This document shows positions 1-8,975 of a DNA stretch of 64,000 bases, piece by piece (position 1 is the first letter of the stretch; each line of letters starts with the position of its first letter). Location of the stretch: contig JAAYKM010000091.1 in the NCBI GenBank assembly GCA_012522415.1, positions 699 through 64,698 on the forward strand. The letters are read 5' to 3'. The notes under the pieces are model-generated. The model saw nothing but the letters and a program-made list of their open reading frames with translations, made no database searches and was not told where the DNA came from. A program made the translations under genes and the position numbers. The stretch comes from Deltaproteobacteria bacterium. Lineage in GTDB: Bacteria > Desulfobacterota > Syntrophia > Syntrophales > JAAYKM01.

Positions 1-107
1 CCACTGATTATCTTTCAAGAGAATCGGGAAGGGCCGGGAAGTAGGAGTCAGCCGCAAGCCAGGAGACGTATCCGACGGAAAAATAACCACCTTCCCGAGG
101 GGGAAGA
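1..107 (+). promoter_or_regulatory. Cobalamin (B12) riboswitch, 3' portion (5' end lies outside the window)
   Basis: CCACTG (1-6), GGGAAGG (26-32) and B12-box-like AGCCAGGAGAC (57-67) occur in canonical order. A CTTCCC/GGGAAG hairpin (91-106) abuts the AGGAG SD (109-113) of the downstream TonB-dependent receptor. Confidence 0.5.
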
Positions 108-117
108 AAGGAGAAGA

Positions 118-2223
118 ATGATGAAAAGATTTTTTTTGTTGTTTTTGGCAGCGGTTCCGATTTTTTTCGTTCTACAATCCGTTGCGGCTGCAAACGCGCC
201 CACAGGCCATTCCACGGGGGAAACCCTCCAGATGGAGGAAGTGGTCGTCACGGCCACGAAAATCCCCGAAAAACGCAAGGACATTCCCAACGCCGTCGTT
301 ATTCTGGATGAAGAGGATATCCGGAAATCGGGAGCGAAATCCATCGGGCAGCTCCTGGCCAACGAACCGGGCATCGACTGGCGAAGCTACGGCAACTTCG
401 GCGGAGCCGCCCAGGAGATCCAGATCCGCGGCATGCGGGGCAACGGCACCCAGATGCTCGTCAACGGCGTCAATGTCAATTCGCCCTCCCTGGGGCTGGC
501 TGACGTGGGTAAAATTCCCTTGAACAACGTCGAACGGATCGAGGTGATCAAGGGTTCCGGATCGCTTCTCTACGGCTCGGGTGCCATGGGAGGCGTCGTG
601 AACATCATCACCAAACGGCCCGACCGGGATAAAACGGATCTGAAAATCGGGGCGGGTTACGGTTCGCAGGACACGTACCGCCTGTGGGCCGAACAGGGCA
701 TGTTCGTCGCCGGCAATCTCGGTTACTACCTGACGGCAAACCGCGCGGAGACAAACGGGTTTCGCTCTAACAGCGACTTGCGTCAAAACGACGTTTCCCT
801 GAAGATGGTCCTCGAACAAAGCGAAGCCGTCGATATCAGCCTCTATGGCGATTACCTCGACCGGACTTACGGCATGCCCGGCGTCAAACCGCCCCGGGGA
901 ACGGCGGATTATTATATCGGCGGCAAGAAGTTTTATGACAACGAGGCGGCAAGCCTTCTGGATTACAGCGAAGACCAGGACGGACACGTCGTTCTGGAAA
1001 TCAAGGGTAAACCCCGGCACTGGCTGGGCTACCAGGGCAAAGGCTATTACACCCACATGGAAAATTATAATTACAACCGTTATGCCTTCGACGGTTCCGG
1101 AAACAAAAACTGGATCACCAACGAAGTCAAAGGGGCGGACGGACATGTGGATCTTCATCCGTTCGACGGGGCAACGCTTCTGCTGGGAGGGGAATATCGG
1201 GACCTCCGCTGGGGGAGCAAAACCCATGCCTTGGACAGCTCCGGCGCCCGGAGCGGGAAAACGGCCACCCACGCCCACCTGTTTACGCGGGGCTTTTTTT
1301 CGGAGGCCCAGTACCGGCCGTCAGACTACTGGAAAGTATTCGCCGGGATCCGGCGGGAAGAGCACTCGGCATTCGGTTCCGAAAATCTCCCCTTCTTCGG
1401 CCTGATTGTTAACCCGTGGCCAAACACGGCATTGAAGATTAACCACGGCAAGCATTTCCTGGCCCCCACGCCTAATGATTTATACTGGCCGGAAGATCCC
1501 TACACAAAGGGGAACCCGGATCTGAAACCGGAAACGGGTTGGCACAGTGACATCACGTTGGAACAATCCTCTCTTAATGACAAAATATTCGCCACTCTTT
1601 CTTATTTTCACTGGGACGTGAACGATAAAATCCAGTGGGAACCCGATTCACAGGGGATATTCAGTCCCGTTAACCTGGCGGATTACAAGGCCCAGGGCGT
1701 TGAAGCGGGGATTAAAATCGGCCCTTGTTACAATCTGACCCTGGGGCTGAGCTACACCTGGCTGGATGCAGACGAAAAAAATCGCGCCTATACCCGGCAG
1801 GATTACGTGTGGCCACCCTTTTCTCCCCCGGATTTTCAATATGTGATGGTTAAAAGAAGGGCGGCCTATACGCCGGAGGCGTTGTTCAAGGGTGATCTGA
1901 CCTATAAAAACGGATTTGGCCTGACAGCGACGGCGACAATCCGATATGTGAGTGATCGGCTGGTTTATCGCACGGAAACAACGGTTTATCCGGACACCCG
2001 AACTGTCATTTATACGCTCGATTCCTACTGGACGATGGATCTGAAAGCCGAACAACGGTTTCACGGTCGTTATGTTTTCTCTCTCGCCGTCACAAACCTG
2101 GCTAACGTCGATTACGACACCCACATGGGGAGCTTCACGGACCAGAACACCTGGGAAACATCCTGGTGCAGATATCCCGGAATGGGCCGATCGGTGTTTG
2201 CCGGGTTGAGTTACGAATTTTAA
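118..2223 (+). CDS. TonB-dependent outer-membrane receptor (BtuB-like)
   Basis: 701-aa ORF with a signal peptide (MKRFFLLFLAAVPIFFVLQSVAA), TonB box EEVVVTAT, plug-domain motifs (IEVIKGSGSLLYGSGAMGGVVNIITK) and a C-terminal aromatic GLSYEF. An alternative ATG at 121 has better SD spacing. Confidence 0.9.
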   Translation: MMKRFFLLFLAAVPIFFVLQSVAAANAPTGHSTGETLQMEEVVVTATKIPEKRKDIPNAVVILDEEDIRKSGAKSIGQLLANEPGIDWRSYGNFGGAAQEIQIRGMRGNGTQMLVNGVNVNSPSLGLADVGKIPLNNVERIEVIKGSGSLLYGSGAMGGVVNIITKRPDRDKTDLKIGAGYGSQDTYRLWAEQGMFVAGNLGYYLTANRAETNGFRSNSDLRQNDVSLKMVLEQSEAVDISLYGDYLDRTYGMPGVKPPRGTADYYIGGKKFYDNEAASLLDYSEDQDGHVVLEIKGKPRHWLGYQGKGYYTHMENYNYNRYAFDGSGNKNWITNEVKGADGHVDLHPFDGATLLLGGEYRDLRWGSKTHALDSSGARSGKTATHAHLFTRGFFSEAQYRPSDYWKVFAGIRREEHSAFGSENLPFFGLIVNPWPNTALKINHGKHFLAPTPNDLYWPEDPYTKGNPDLKPETGWHSDITLEQSSLNDKIFATLSYFHWDVNDKIQWEPDSQGIFSPVNLADYKAQGVEAGIKIGPCYNLTLGLSYTWLDADEKNRAYTRQDYVWPPFSPPDFQYVMVKRRAAYTPEALFKGDLTYKNGFGLTATATIRYVSDRLVYRTETTVYPDTRTVIYTLDSYWTMDLKAEQRFHGRYVFSLAVTNLANVDYDTHMGSFTDQNTWETSWCRYPGMGRSVFAGLSYEF

Positions 2224-2345
2224 GAAAGATCCGGGCGGGTGATGGGGAAAACGCCTCCTGGCAAACCAGGGAATATCTTGCGACGAGGCCTTTTCAAATG
2301 TTTTTCGCCTGTCAAAATAATGACGACACCGAACTTACAGGGAAG

Positions 2346-3194
2346 ATGGACGTGCGGATCATAGAGGGTCTGTTTTTTACGGGTGCGGCTCACCCCCAAA
2401 AACCCCGGGGCATTGGCCTCGTGTTTCACGCCGTTTTGTTTTCTTTGCTGCTGCATCTGCTGACCTTGGGCATGCTGTATGTGGTGGTGAAAACCCCTTT
2501 GGTCTCGATGGGGAATGAACCGACACAGGGAATTATCCAGATAACCCTATCGCCTCCGGGTAAAAGCATCGGTCTAAGCCAGGTTGTCCCCCCCTCTGTA
2601 TCGGCGGTAGAGGGGGAAAACACTTTTTTCACACGGGCAGAAAAATCAGAAACGTCGGCGGTAAAGGACACAACGCGTATGGGATCGCCGCCGGATGCAA
2701 AATCCCTGCTCACCGAGAGGAAGCCGGGTGATGTTACGGACATGCCAATCGTATCCCCCCATACGCCCCAGACAGCAGGATCCGTCACATCGAAGGGGGG
2801 CATGCCGGGGAACCGGGATTGTAACACCGCGGGAGGGGAACTTGCTCCGGTAACGAGGCCAGCTCTTCGGCAGGAGAGGCCGCGTTATCTCGATGTTCTT
2901 CCTCCCGTTTACCCGGCGGAAGCCAGAATCCGCGGGCATGAAGGCGTGGCGCTGATCGGCGCTGAAATCCTGCCGAACGGTCGGGTCGGACAGATCACGA
3001 TCAGGAAAACTTCCGGCTACACCGCCCTTGACCGGGCGGCCATGAAGGCCGTCCGAGCCTGGCGGTTTGAGCCGGCCCGACACCTGGGCGCCCCCGTGGC
3101 CGTGATTGTTGATATCCCCGTCCGGTTTTCCCTGAAAGACGATTGGCACCATCACGACACGGCAACAGGCCCGAAGGGGGCTTTGGGCAGATGA
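2346..3194 (+). CDS. tonB: TonB-family energy transducer
   Basis: N-terminal TM helix (LVFHAVLFSLLLHLLTLGML), Pro/Ser-rich linker and TonB C-terminal domain (YPAEARIRGHEGVALIGAEILPNGRVGQITIRKTSGYTALDRAAMKAVRAWRFEPA). The start is uncertain: ATG at 2346 or 2298, and the ORF is open from 2166. Confidence 0.8.
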   Translation: MDVRIIEGLFFTGAAHPQKPRGIGLVFHAVLFSLLLHLLTLGMLYVVVKTPLVSMGNEPTQGIIQITLSPPGKSIGLSQVVPPSVSAVEGENTFFTRAEKSETSAVKDTTRMGSPPDAKSLLTERKPGDVTDMPIVSPHTPQTAGSVTSKGGMPGNRDCNTAGGELAPVTRPALRQERPRYLDVLPPVYPAEARIRGHEGVALIGAEILPNGRVGQITIRKTSGYTALDRAAMKAVRAWRFEPARHLGAPVAVIVDIPVRFSLKDDWHHHDTATGPKGALGR

Positions 3195-3360
3195 AACGAA
3201 AAACGGGCGGGCGCCCGGATCTCGGGAGAGGTGTTCCCGTTCCGGGACAATACGACAGCCCAACGGGCCGAAACACACGTATTTTTTCTGCTGAAAGCCC
3301 GAAGATCAGCATGATACATGATAATGGAAAGAAACGATGGAGAAGGGGCCCCAAGGGGAA

Positions 3361-3756
3361 TTAATCTTCCTGGATTGCGGCGGCAATGATCGCATCGGTG
3401 GCTTTTTTCAAACGTGCCGCAATGGTGTTGAATACCTGACGGAAATCCTCGGGCATCCTGTTGAATTCGTGGTCGTAATAATCCCGGTTGACAATGCCCA
3501 CCGTCGTTTCCCCCATGGCTGTCGCCGTGGCGGTTCGTGGCATTTTGGAAATAAAGGCCATTTCACCGAAAATTTCGCCCGGGGGCAATACCTCCACAAC
3601 CACCCGACGGCCCTTCATTTCTTTTGAAATCTCCACAGCCCCCTCTTCGATCACATAGATCCAGTCTCCATGCGTGCCCTCCTGAAAGATGACCTGCCCA
3701 TCCTGAAATGTCTCGTATGAAGCAATCTGAAACATAAGCCCCTCCTTCACTTTCAT
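3361..3756 (-). CDS. Stand-alone cyclic-nucleotide-binding domain protein
   Basis: 131 aa. CAP/Crp-type cNMP-binding motifs FQEG..GDWIYVIEEG and GEIFGEMAFIS..PRTATA. No DNA-binding domain. Confidence 0.8.
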   Translation of the reverse strand: MKVKEGLMFQIASYETFQDGQVIFQEGTHGDWIYVIEEGAVEISKEMKGRRVVVEVLPPGEIFGEMAFISKMPRTATATAMGETTVGIVNRDYYDHEFNRMPEDFRQVFNTIAARLKKATDAIIAAAIQED

Positions 3757-3775
3757 TCAGTAACCTGTCATGCAT

Positions 3776-3982
3776 TCAAACCTGTCCTGCCGCCACCAAG
3801 CCGGCAAAACGCTCGTAGGACCGGTCGTAAGTCCTTTCCACCTGATCCGGGAAAAAACAGGCCGGCAGCTCCCTGTTCCGGCGGTGATAGGTTAAACAAT
3901 CACAACAACGGCCTTTCCGGACGCAAGGTTCGTAGGAACAATTACAGTGCGTCATGTTTTTTTCTTTAAGACAATCGCTCAT
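3776..3982 (-). CDS. Cys-rich small protein, DUF6485-like
   Basis: 68 aa. The pattern [28 protein letters not shown] matches my memory of the DUF6485 family. It lies 19 nt upstream of the cNMP-binding gene. Confidence 0.65.
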   Translation of the reverse strand: MSDCLKEKNMTHCNCSYEPCVRKGRCCDCLTYHRRNRELPACFFPDQVERTYDRSYERFAGLVAAGQV

Positions 3983-4030
3983 CGCAAACCTCCCCCCTCC
4001 TGATACGGTCAGATTCCCGGCGAAAAAGTT

Positions 4031-4996
4031 TCATTGTGCCGACGGATTTTCCGACTCATCCATAACCGAGGCCTCAAGGTCCTTGATCTCCGGAAATAAC
4101 GCTCGTACAACACCGTTTTGCAGGACGAGAACCGACTGATCTTCGCCGGTCATGGCGTAATGTCCCCATTCATTGGCTGGATACCCGATCAGGAGCATTT
4201 TCATCGAACGATCCTTGAGACGAACAGCCAAACGTAGCGGGGGCGTGATTAACCCTGCATCTCCTGGATTCAACGAATCGGCAAAGTCTGCCGCTTCCAG
4301 TTCATTCAGGATCGAAATGACCTGTTCCACCCGCCCTCCATCGGCTTTCCGGGCCACAGGCTTCACGATGAACCATCCGCCCCGGGTATCCCGATTCAAC
4401 AGAATGGTTTCCTGTTCGATCTGAAAAGTCATCTCGACGATGTCATGACTCTTTAGCGAGAATATTTTTCGTTCCCGCCATAATTTCGCCGGTTTGTCGA
4501 GATGATCCCGCAAATTTCCGGGCTGCAGGATAACCTCGTCTCCATCCGTTCTCCTGATATAGGCGCTCAAGCCATCCGGCCCCTTTATCCCGACAAGAAA
4601 GCCGGCAAGCCTTTTCCCGTCTAAGTCGAAGAAAACGATCTCCGTTCCTTCACCGGCCTTCACCCCGAAAAGAGGGTGTTTGCTCCTGTTTTCGGAAACG
4701 ATGTTGTCCCGTTTCAATTCCCGAATCGCCTGCAATAACGCGGTAACCTGTTTACGGTCCGCAGGGTGGTGTCTCGATTCCGTAACCAGGAACCAATTTC
4801 CATCAAGATTTTCAAAGACCAGATCGCCGTTTCCTATATCAATTTTGTTGACTTTCCATGGCTCGAAACCGGGGAAGACCAGGAGAGTGCCTTTGGACGG
4901 TCCTCCATGCAGACTGAAAGAGCCCTCGAAAAAAAAGGCTACTCCCCCCGCAGCAAGGAGTGCGATGAGCAGAATCAGATTCCGTCTGGCCTTCAT
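4031..4996 (-). CDS. DUF4340-like membrane-anchored protein (partner of GldG-type ABC systems)
   Basis: 321 aa with an N-terminal TM anchor (LILLIALLAAGGVAFFF). Its ATG overlaps the stop of the GldG-like gene (ATGA, 4993-4996). Confidence 0.6.
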   Translation of the reverse strand: MKARRNLILLIALLAAGGVAFFFEGSFSLHGGPSKGTLLVFPGFEPWKVNKIDIGNGDLVFENLDGNWFLVTESRHHPADRKQVTALLQAIRELKRDNIVSENRSKHPLFGVKAGEGTEIVFFDLDGKRLAGFLVGIKGPDGLSAYIRRTDGDEVILQPGNLRDHLDKPAKLWRERKIFSLKSHDIVEMTFQIEQETILLNRDTRGGWFIVKPVARKADGGRVEQVISILNELEAADFADSLNPGDAGLITPPLRLAVRLKDRSMKMLLIGYPANEWGHYAMTGEDQSVLVLQNGVVRALFPEIKDLEASVMDESENPSAQ

Positions 4997-6591
4997 TCCG
5001 TTCTCTCCTTCAGGATGCCAGTCCTTCTTCGCCGGCGCAGATAATAGCGGCCCAAACCGATCAGAATGACCAGAAGGGGCGCACCGATCATGTTTCCGTA
5101 CTTGATCAGCACCTTCTGTTTTTCCGAAAGAATCGGCAGAGGCCGGCTCAACATCTTCTTGGAGCGAATTCCGATCAGATCATCTCCCCAGGTGAACCAG
5201 TCCACGGCATTGAGGAAAAATTCCGCATTACCCTGAGCGGTAATAAATGCGTCGGAAAGAAAACGCGCGTTCCCCATGACCAGGATTTTTGTGTCTTCCT
5301 GACTTCGGAGTGGCAGCCCCGTCTCTCCCGCAGCCGAATTCCGCTTGTGGTCTCCTCCACCGGGCGAGTCGGCGTAGAAGCGGGTAAATTTCCCTTCAAG
5401 AAGAATGATAAGGGGATAGGATTTGATTTCTCCCGCCGGCGGATTGAATTCTTGAGCGGGACTGATGTTGTACATCCCACGCTGGAGCCAACTGTGCGAT
5501 GAAGTTCTGGCGAGGACGGTTGCGTTGACATGCGGTTTTTCAAGCACCTCCAGGGCTGCAACCCAGGGCATACTCATGGTTTCCAGGCGGTTCACGATAA
5601 CGTGATCCGCAGCCAGACCTTCTTTCACCAGTTTCGGATAAAAGGCGTAAGGAACTCGGAGGACTGTAAATCCCGTCCGGAAGTTGATGGCCGTGTTAAA
5701 GCGGTCCAGCACCAGGTCCTGGGTAATCCTGACCCCATAAGTTTCAACCAGGTCTTCCAGGTTGCTGACTCGGCGCGAGGCCGTCATGGTGACGCCGTCT
5801 ATGTTGACCCGGTCAATCAGAAAGAAGACTTTGCCCCCGCCCATGACATACTGGTCGATGGCACGCTTTGTTTTTTCGGGAGTCCTTTCGGGAGAAACCA
5901 CCACAAGAAGATCCGTTCCGTCGGGAATGGCATCGACCGCCCCTGGGGGGAGCGTGTTCAGATCATAAAGAGGCGCCAGCATCTCCCGAACGGTTCCGAA
6001 GTTTCCATTCAGATCGTATTCCTCTCCTCCGGTTAAAAAAACAATACGCTTCCTTTCATTTTTCAGAAGTCTCAAAACCGCGCTGGTCACATCATACTCC
6101 AGGTTTTTCGCCTCCCTGACGAAGGGAATGATCTCCTGCCGGTCCTCGTAGGAAACGGCAATCCCCATGTAAACGTTGGTAATCTGGGCCTGGTCCTTCT
6201 GGTAAACATTTATCGGCACCTGGGGGATACCCATCGCCTGAACACGCTTCTGCAAAAGGGCGTCTTGCGCCGGGTCGGCGTACGTTATCCTGACTTTTTC
6301 CTTGCCGTTCACCCGGTACTCCTCGAGAAGATCGTCGATTTGCTGTCTCAAGGCGGTGAGTTCGGACGGGATTTTCTTTGAAAAGAAACACTGAATGGTT
6401 ATCGGGTCGTTCAAATTGCTCACCATTTTACGGCTTGATTCGGAAAGCGTGTATATTTTATTTTCCGTCAAATCCAGCCGCATGAAATGCCGATGGGACA
6501 GAAAGTTAAGCAAAACAAGGAATCCCAGAACCACAAGGATCAGGATCGAGTCACCAAAGAGAAAACGGATCTTTCGTTGCCAACCGGACAT
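4993..6591 (-). CDS. GldG-family ABC-transporter auxiliary protein
   Basis: 532 aa with N- and C-terminal TM helices flanking a large periplasmic domain. It sits immediately downstream of an ABC-2 permease and ATPase. Confidence 0.75.
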   Translation of the reverse strand: MSGWQRKIRFLFGDSILILVVLGFLVLLNFLSHRHFMRLDLTENKIYTLSESSRKMVSNLNDPITIQCFFSKKIPSELTALRQQIDDLLEEYRVNGKEKVRITYADPAQDALLQKRVQAMGIPQVPINVYQKDQAQITNVYMGIAVSYEDRQEIIPFVREAKNLEYDVTSAVLRLLKNERKRIVFLTGGEEYDLNGNFGTVREMLAPLYDLNTLPPGAVDAIPDGTDLLVVVSPERTPEKTKRAIDQYVMGGGKVFFLIDRVNIDGVTMTASRRVSNLEDLVETYGVRITQDLVLDRFNTAINFRTGFTVLRVPYAFYPKLVKEGLAADHVIVNRLETMSMPWVAALEVLEKPHVNATVLARTSSHSWLQRGMYNISPAQEFNPPAGEIKSYPLIILLEGKFTRFYADSPGGGDHKRNSAAGETGLPLRSQEDTKILVMGNARFLSDAFITAQGNAEFFLNAVDWFTWGDDLIGIRSKKMLSRPLPILSEKQKVLIKYGNMIGAPLLVILIGLGRYYLRRRRRTGILKERTE

Positions 6592-6597
6592 GGATCG

Positions 6598-7308
6598 CTA
6601 CCTGCGCCTCGTCACATAGATAACATTCATAAAGAGGAAGAAACCTGTGACGGAAAGATAGTAAATAATATCCCGAGAATCGATGATTCCCCGCTGGATA
6701 CTGTTAAAGTGCCTGCCGAGTCCCATGAAGGAAAAGAAGGGAGCCCAGAATTCCGGGAGATTCGCGAGGACAATGTCCTCTCCCAGAATGAAAAGGATAA
6801 AGGATAACAAAATCGTTAAAATGAAGGCAACAATCTGGTTTTTCGTAAAATTGGAAAGAAAGAGGCCGATCGATAGATATGCGCCCCCCAAAAAACATGT
6901 CCCGAGATAGCCGCCGACCACCGGCCCCCAATCAAGTTTGCCCAGGCAACCCAGGGTCAGAGGCAGAGAAAAACTGAAGAAAACGGAGGCGAAAACAAAA
7001 AGGAAGCCGGCCATGAATTTGCCCAGGACCAGTTCGTATTCCCTGACCGGAAGGGTCAGAAGGATTTCAACCGTTCCCATTTTCTTCTCCTCGGCCCACA
7101 ACCGCATCGTCACTGCCGGAATGAAGATCAAAAAAACCCAGGGGAGAAAAAAGAAAAAACCCCGCATCTGAATCTGGTTGCCGACAAAAAAACCGCGGAA
7201 GAAAAACCAGTAGGTCACGGCCAGAAAGGATATGATAAATACGTAGGCCACCGGTGAATCGAAATAGGCATTGAATTCCCGCCGACAAAGGGCTAACGCT
7301 CCGGTCAT
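6598..7308 (-). CDS. ABC-2 type transporter permease (GldF-like)
   Basis: Polytopic membrane protein. The ATG at 7308 overlaps the ATPase stop (ATGA), so the longer ORF extending to 7389 is probably an artefact. Confidence 0.8.
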   Translation of the reverse strand: MTGALALCRREFNAYFDSPVAYVFIISFLAVTYWFFFRGFFVGNQIQMRGFFFFLPWVFLIFIPAVTMRLWAEEKKMGTVEILLTLPVREYELVLGKFMAGFLFVFASVFFSFSLPLTLGCLGKLDWGPVVGGYLGTCFLGGAYLSIGLFLSNFTKNQIVAFILTILLSFILFILGEDIVLANLPEFWAPFFSFMGLGRHFNSIQRGIIDSRDIIYYLSVTGFFLFMNVIYVTRRR

Positions 7309-8249
7309 GGGACAACCTCCTCCACAGTCAAATGCTGAAACACTTCCTCCAGGGACAGTGATTCCCGGTAAAGCTCGGTCAGCACCCACCGGTTGTCGAC
7401 AGCCATGCGAAAGATCGTCTCCCGAATATCGATATCGTCGTCCGTAATCACCCGGAATCGCCAGATCCCCTCACCCGCCTCACCCAGACACTCAATGTTC
7501 TTTACCGGCCGGCTTGCTTTGAGTCGCGTTATAACCGCTTCGGAAGGGGCATTCAGGGCAAATGTGACGGCATGGCCACCCCGGGCACGAACGGACATCT
7601 CTTCGGGGGTGCCGCTACCAACGATCCTCCCCCGATTCAGGATAATAATTCGACTGCATGTCGCCGCGACCTCGGGCAGAATATGGGAACTCAGGAGAAC
7701 CGTCTTTTCTCTCCCGAATCGCTGAATGAGATGCCTGATTTCCACAATCTGATTGGGATCGAGACCAACCGTCGGTTCATCTAGAACGAGTATGTCGGGA
7801 TCGTGAACAATGGCTTGGGCGAGACCAACCCGCTGACAATAACCTTTGGACAGTTCGCCGATATTCTTGTGGGCCATTTTCTCCAATCCGGCTATTTTAA
7901 TCACTTCGTCAACCCGTCTTTTGCGGTCCCTCCTTGTCACGCCTCTCATGGAAGTGATGAACGAAAGATAATCCACGACCCCCATGTCCGGATAAAGGGG
8001 ATTGCTTTCCGGCAAGTACCCGATTTTACGCCTGATCTCAAAGGATTGTTCGGGGAGATGCCACGCGGAAACGTTGATTTTCCCGTCATCCGCAGCAAGA
8101 TATCCCGTCAGGATCCGCATAATCGTTGTCTTCCCTGCACCGTTCGGGCCGAGCAGACCCAGAATCTCCCCTTTTGCCACACGGAAGGACAGGCGATCTA
8201 CGGCTACCGTTTCTCCGTAACGCTTGGTGATCTGGTCCATTTCAATCAT
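7305..8249 (-). CDS. ABC transporter ATP-binding protein (GldA-like)
   Basis: Walker A GPNGAGKTT, signature LSKGYCQRV and Walker B ILVLDEPTVGLD. Confidence 0.95.
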   Translation of the reverse strand: MIEMDQITKRYGETVAVDRLSFRVAKGEILGLLGPNGAGKTTIMRILTGYLAADDGKINVSAWHLPEQSFEIRRKIGYLPESNPLYPDMGVVDYLSFITSMRGVTRRDRKRRVDEVIKIAGLEKMAHKNIGELSKGYCQRVGLAQAIVHDPDILVLDEPTVGLDPNQIVEIRHLIQRFGREKTVLLSSHILPEVAATCSRIIILNRGRIVGSGTPEEMSVRARGGHAVTFALNAPSEAVITRLKASRPVKNIECLGEAGEGIWRFRVITDDDIDIRETIFRMAVDNRWVLTELYRESLSLEEVFQHLTVEEVVP

Positions 8250-8408
8250 GGCCGGATTGTCTCCACAGAAAATACACTCCGAAAGGAACCGCTGCTGAAT
8301 GCGTATTTCAAGTCTACACGGGGATTATTCAGTACCATGATCGCCAGCCATTTACAATGGGGCTTTGTCTTTTTTCACAGTACCGACCGATTCTATCAAG
8401 ACTTTATG

Positions 8409-8437
8409 TTGACTAATAACAGAATTTATCGGAGAAT
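8409..8437 (+). promoter_or_regulatory. Putative sigma70 promoter for the usp gene
   Basis: TTGACT (8409-8414), 17-nt spacer, GAGAAT (8432-8437). Confidence 0.35.
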
Positions 8438-8476
8438 GAGAGGGATTTTTATTTTCACTCTCAAGGAGGAATGATC

Positions 8477-8905
8477 ATGGCAGGAGAAAGGGTTATCAAG
8501 GTTCTTGCCGCCATTGACGGCTCTCCCATTTCGGAAACCGTCCTGAAACACAGCGGCCGATACGCACAATTGTCCGGATGTGATTTGACGCTGATTCATG
8601 TTCTAGAGGATATCATACCCTACAAAACGCTTCCCGACACACCCCTTTACCGCGAACGCAAACAGGAAGGCGAGAAAATCCTCGAGCAGGCCAAAAATAA
8701 CCTCGCCGAGTACGGTGTGACCTGCAAAACCATCCTGGCCGCGGGTCCGGTTGCAGAAGAAATCGTCAGAATCGCCGAAGAGAAGCAGGTGGACTATATC
8801 TTTATGGGACATCGGGGACACCGGGGTTTTAAGAGGATGCTTCTGGGAAGTGTGGCCGATGACGTCAGTAAATATGCCCACTGCGCCGTAACCATTATCA
8901 GGTAG
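8477..8905 (+). CDS. Universal stress protein (UspA family)
   Basis: Motifs KVLAAIDGS and IFMGHRGHRGFKRMLLGSVADDVSKYAHCAVTII. SD AAGGAGG (8463-8469) favours the ATG at 8477 over 8471. Confidence 0.9.
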   Translation: MAGERVIKVLAAIDGSPISETVLKHSGRYAQLSGCDLTLIHVLEDIIPYKTLPDTPLYRERKQEGEKILEQAKNNLAEYGVTCKTILAAGPVAEEIVRIAEEKQVDYIFMGHRGHRGFKRMLLGSVADDVSKYAHCAVTIIR

Positions 8906-8975
8906 GGTCGATCAAGAAAAGCCCTCGGGGATTATGGATCATATCCGCCGGGGGCTTAAACTATTTAAAGAGTCT

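Noticed and set aside
8906-8975. A possible bidirectional terminator between the convergent usp and cysS genes (AAGCCC...GGGCTT).
   Set aside because: Only 6 bp pair cleanly, the loop is large, and there is no flanking U-tract.
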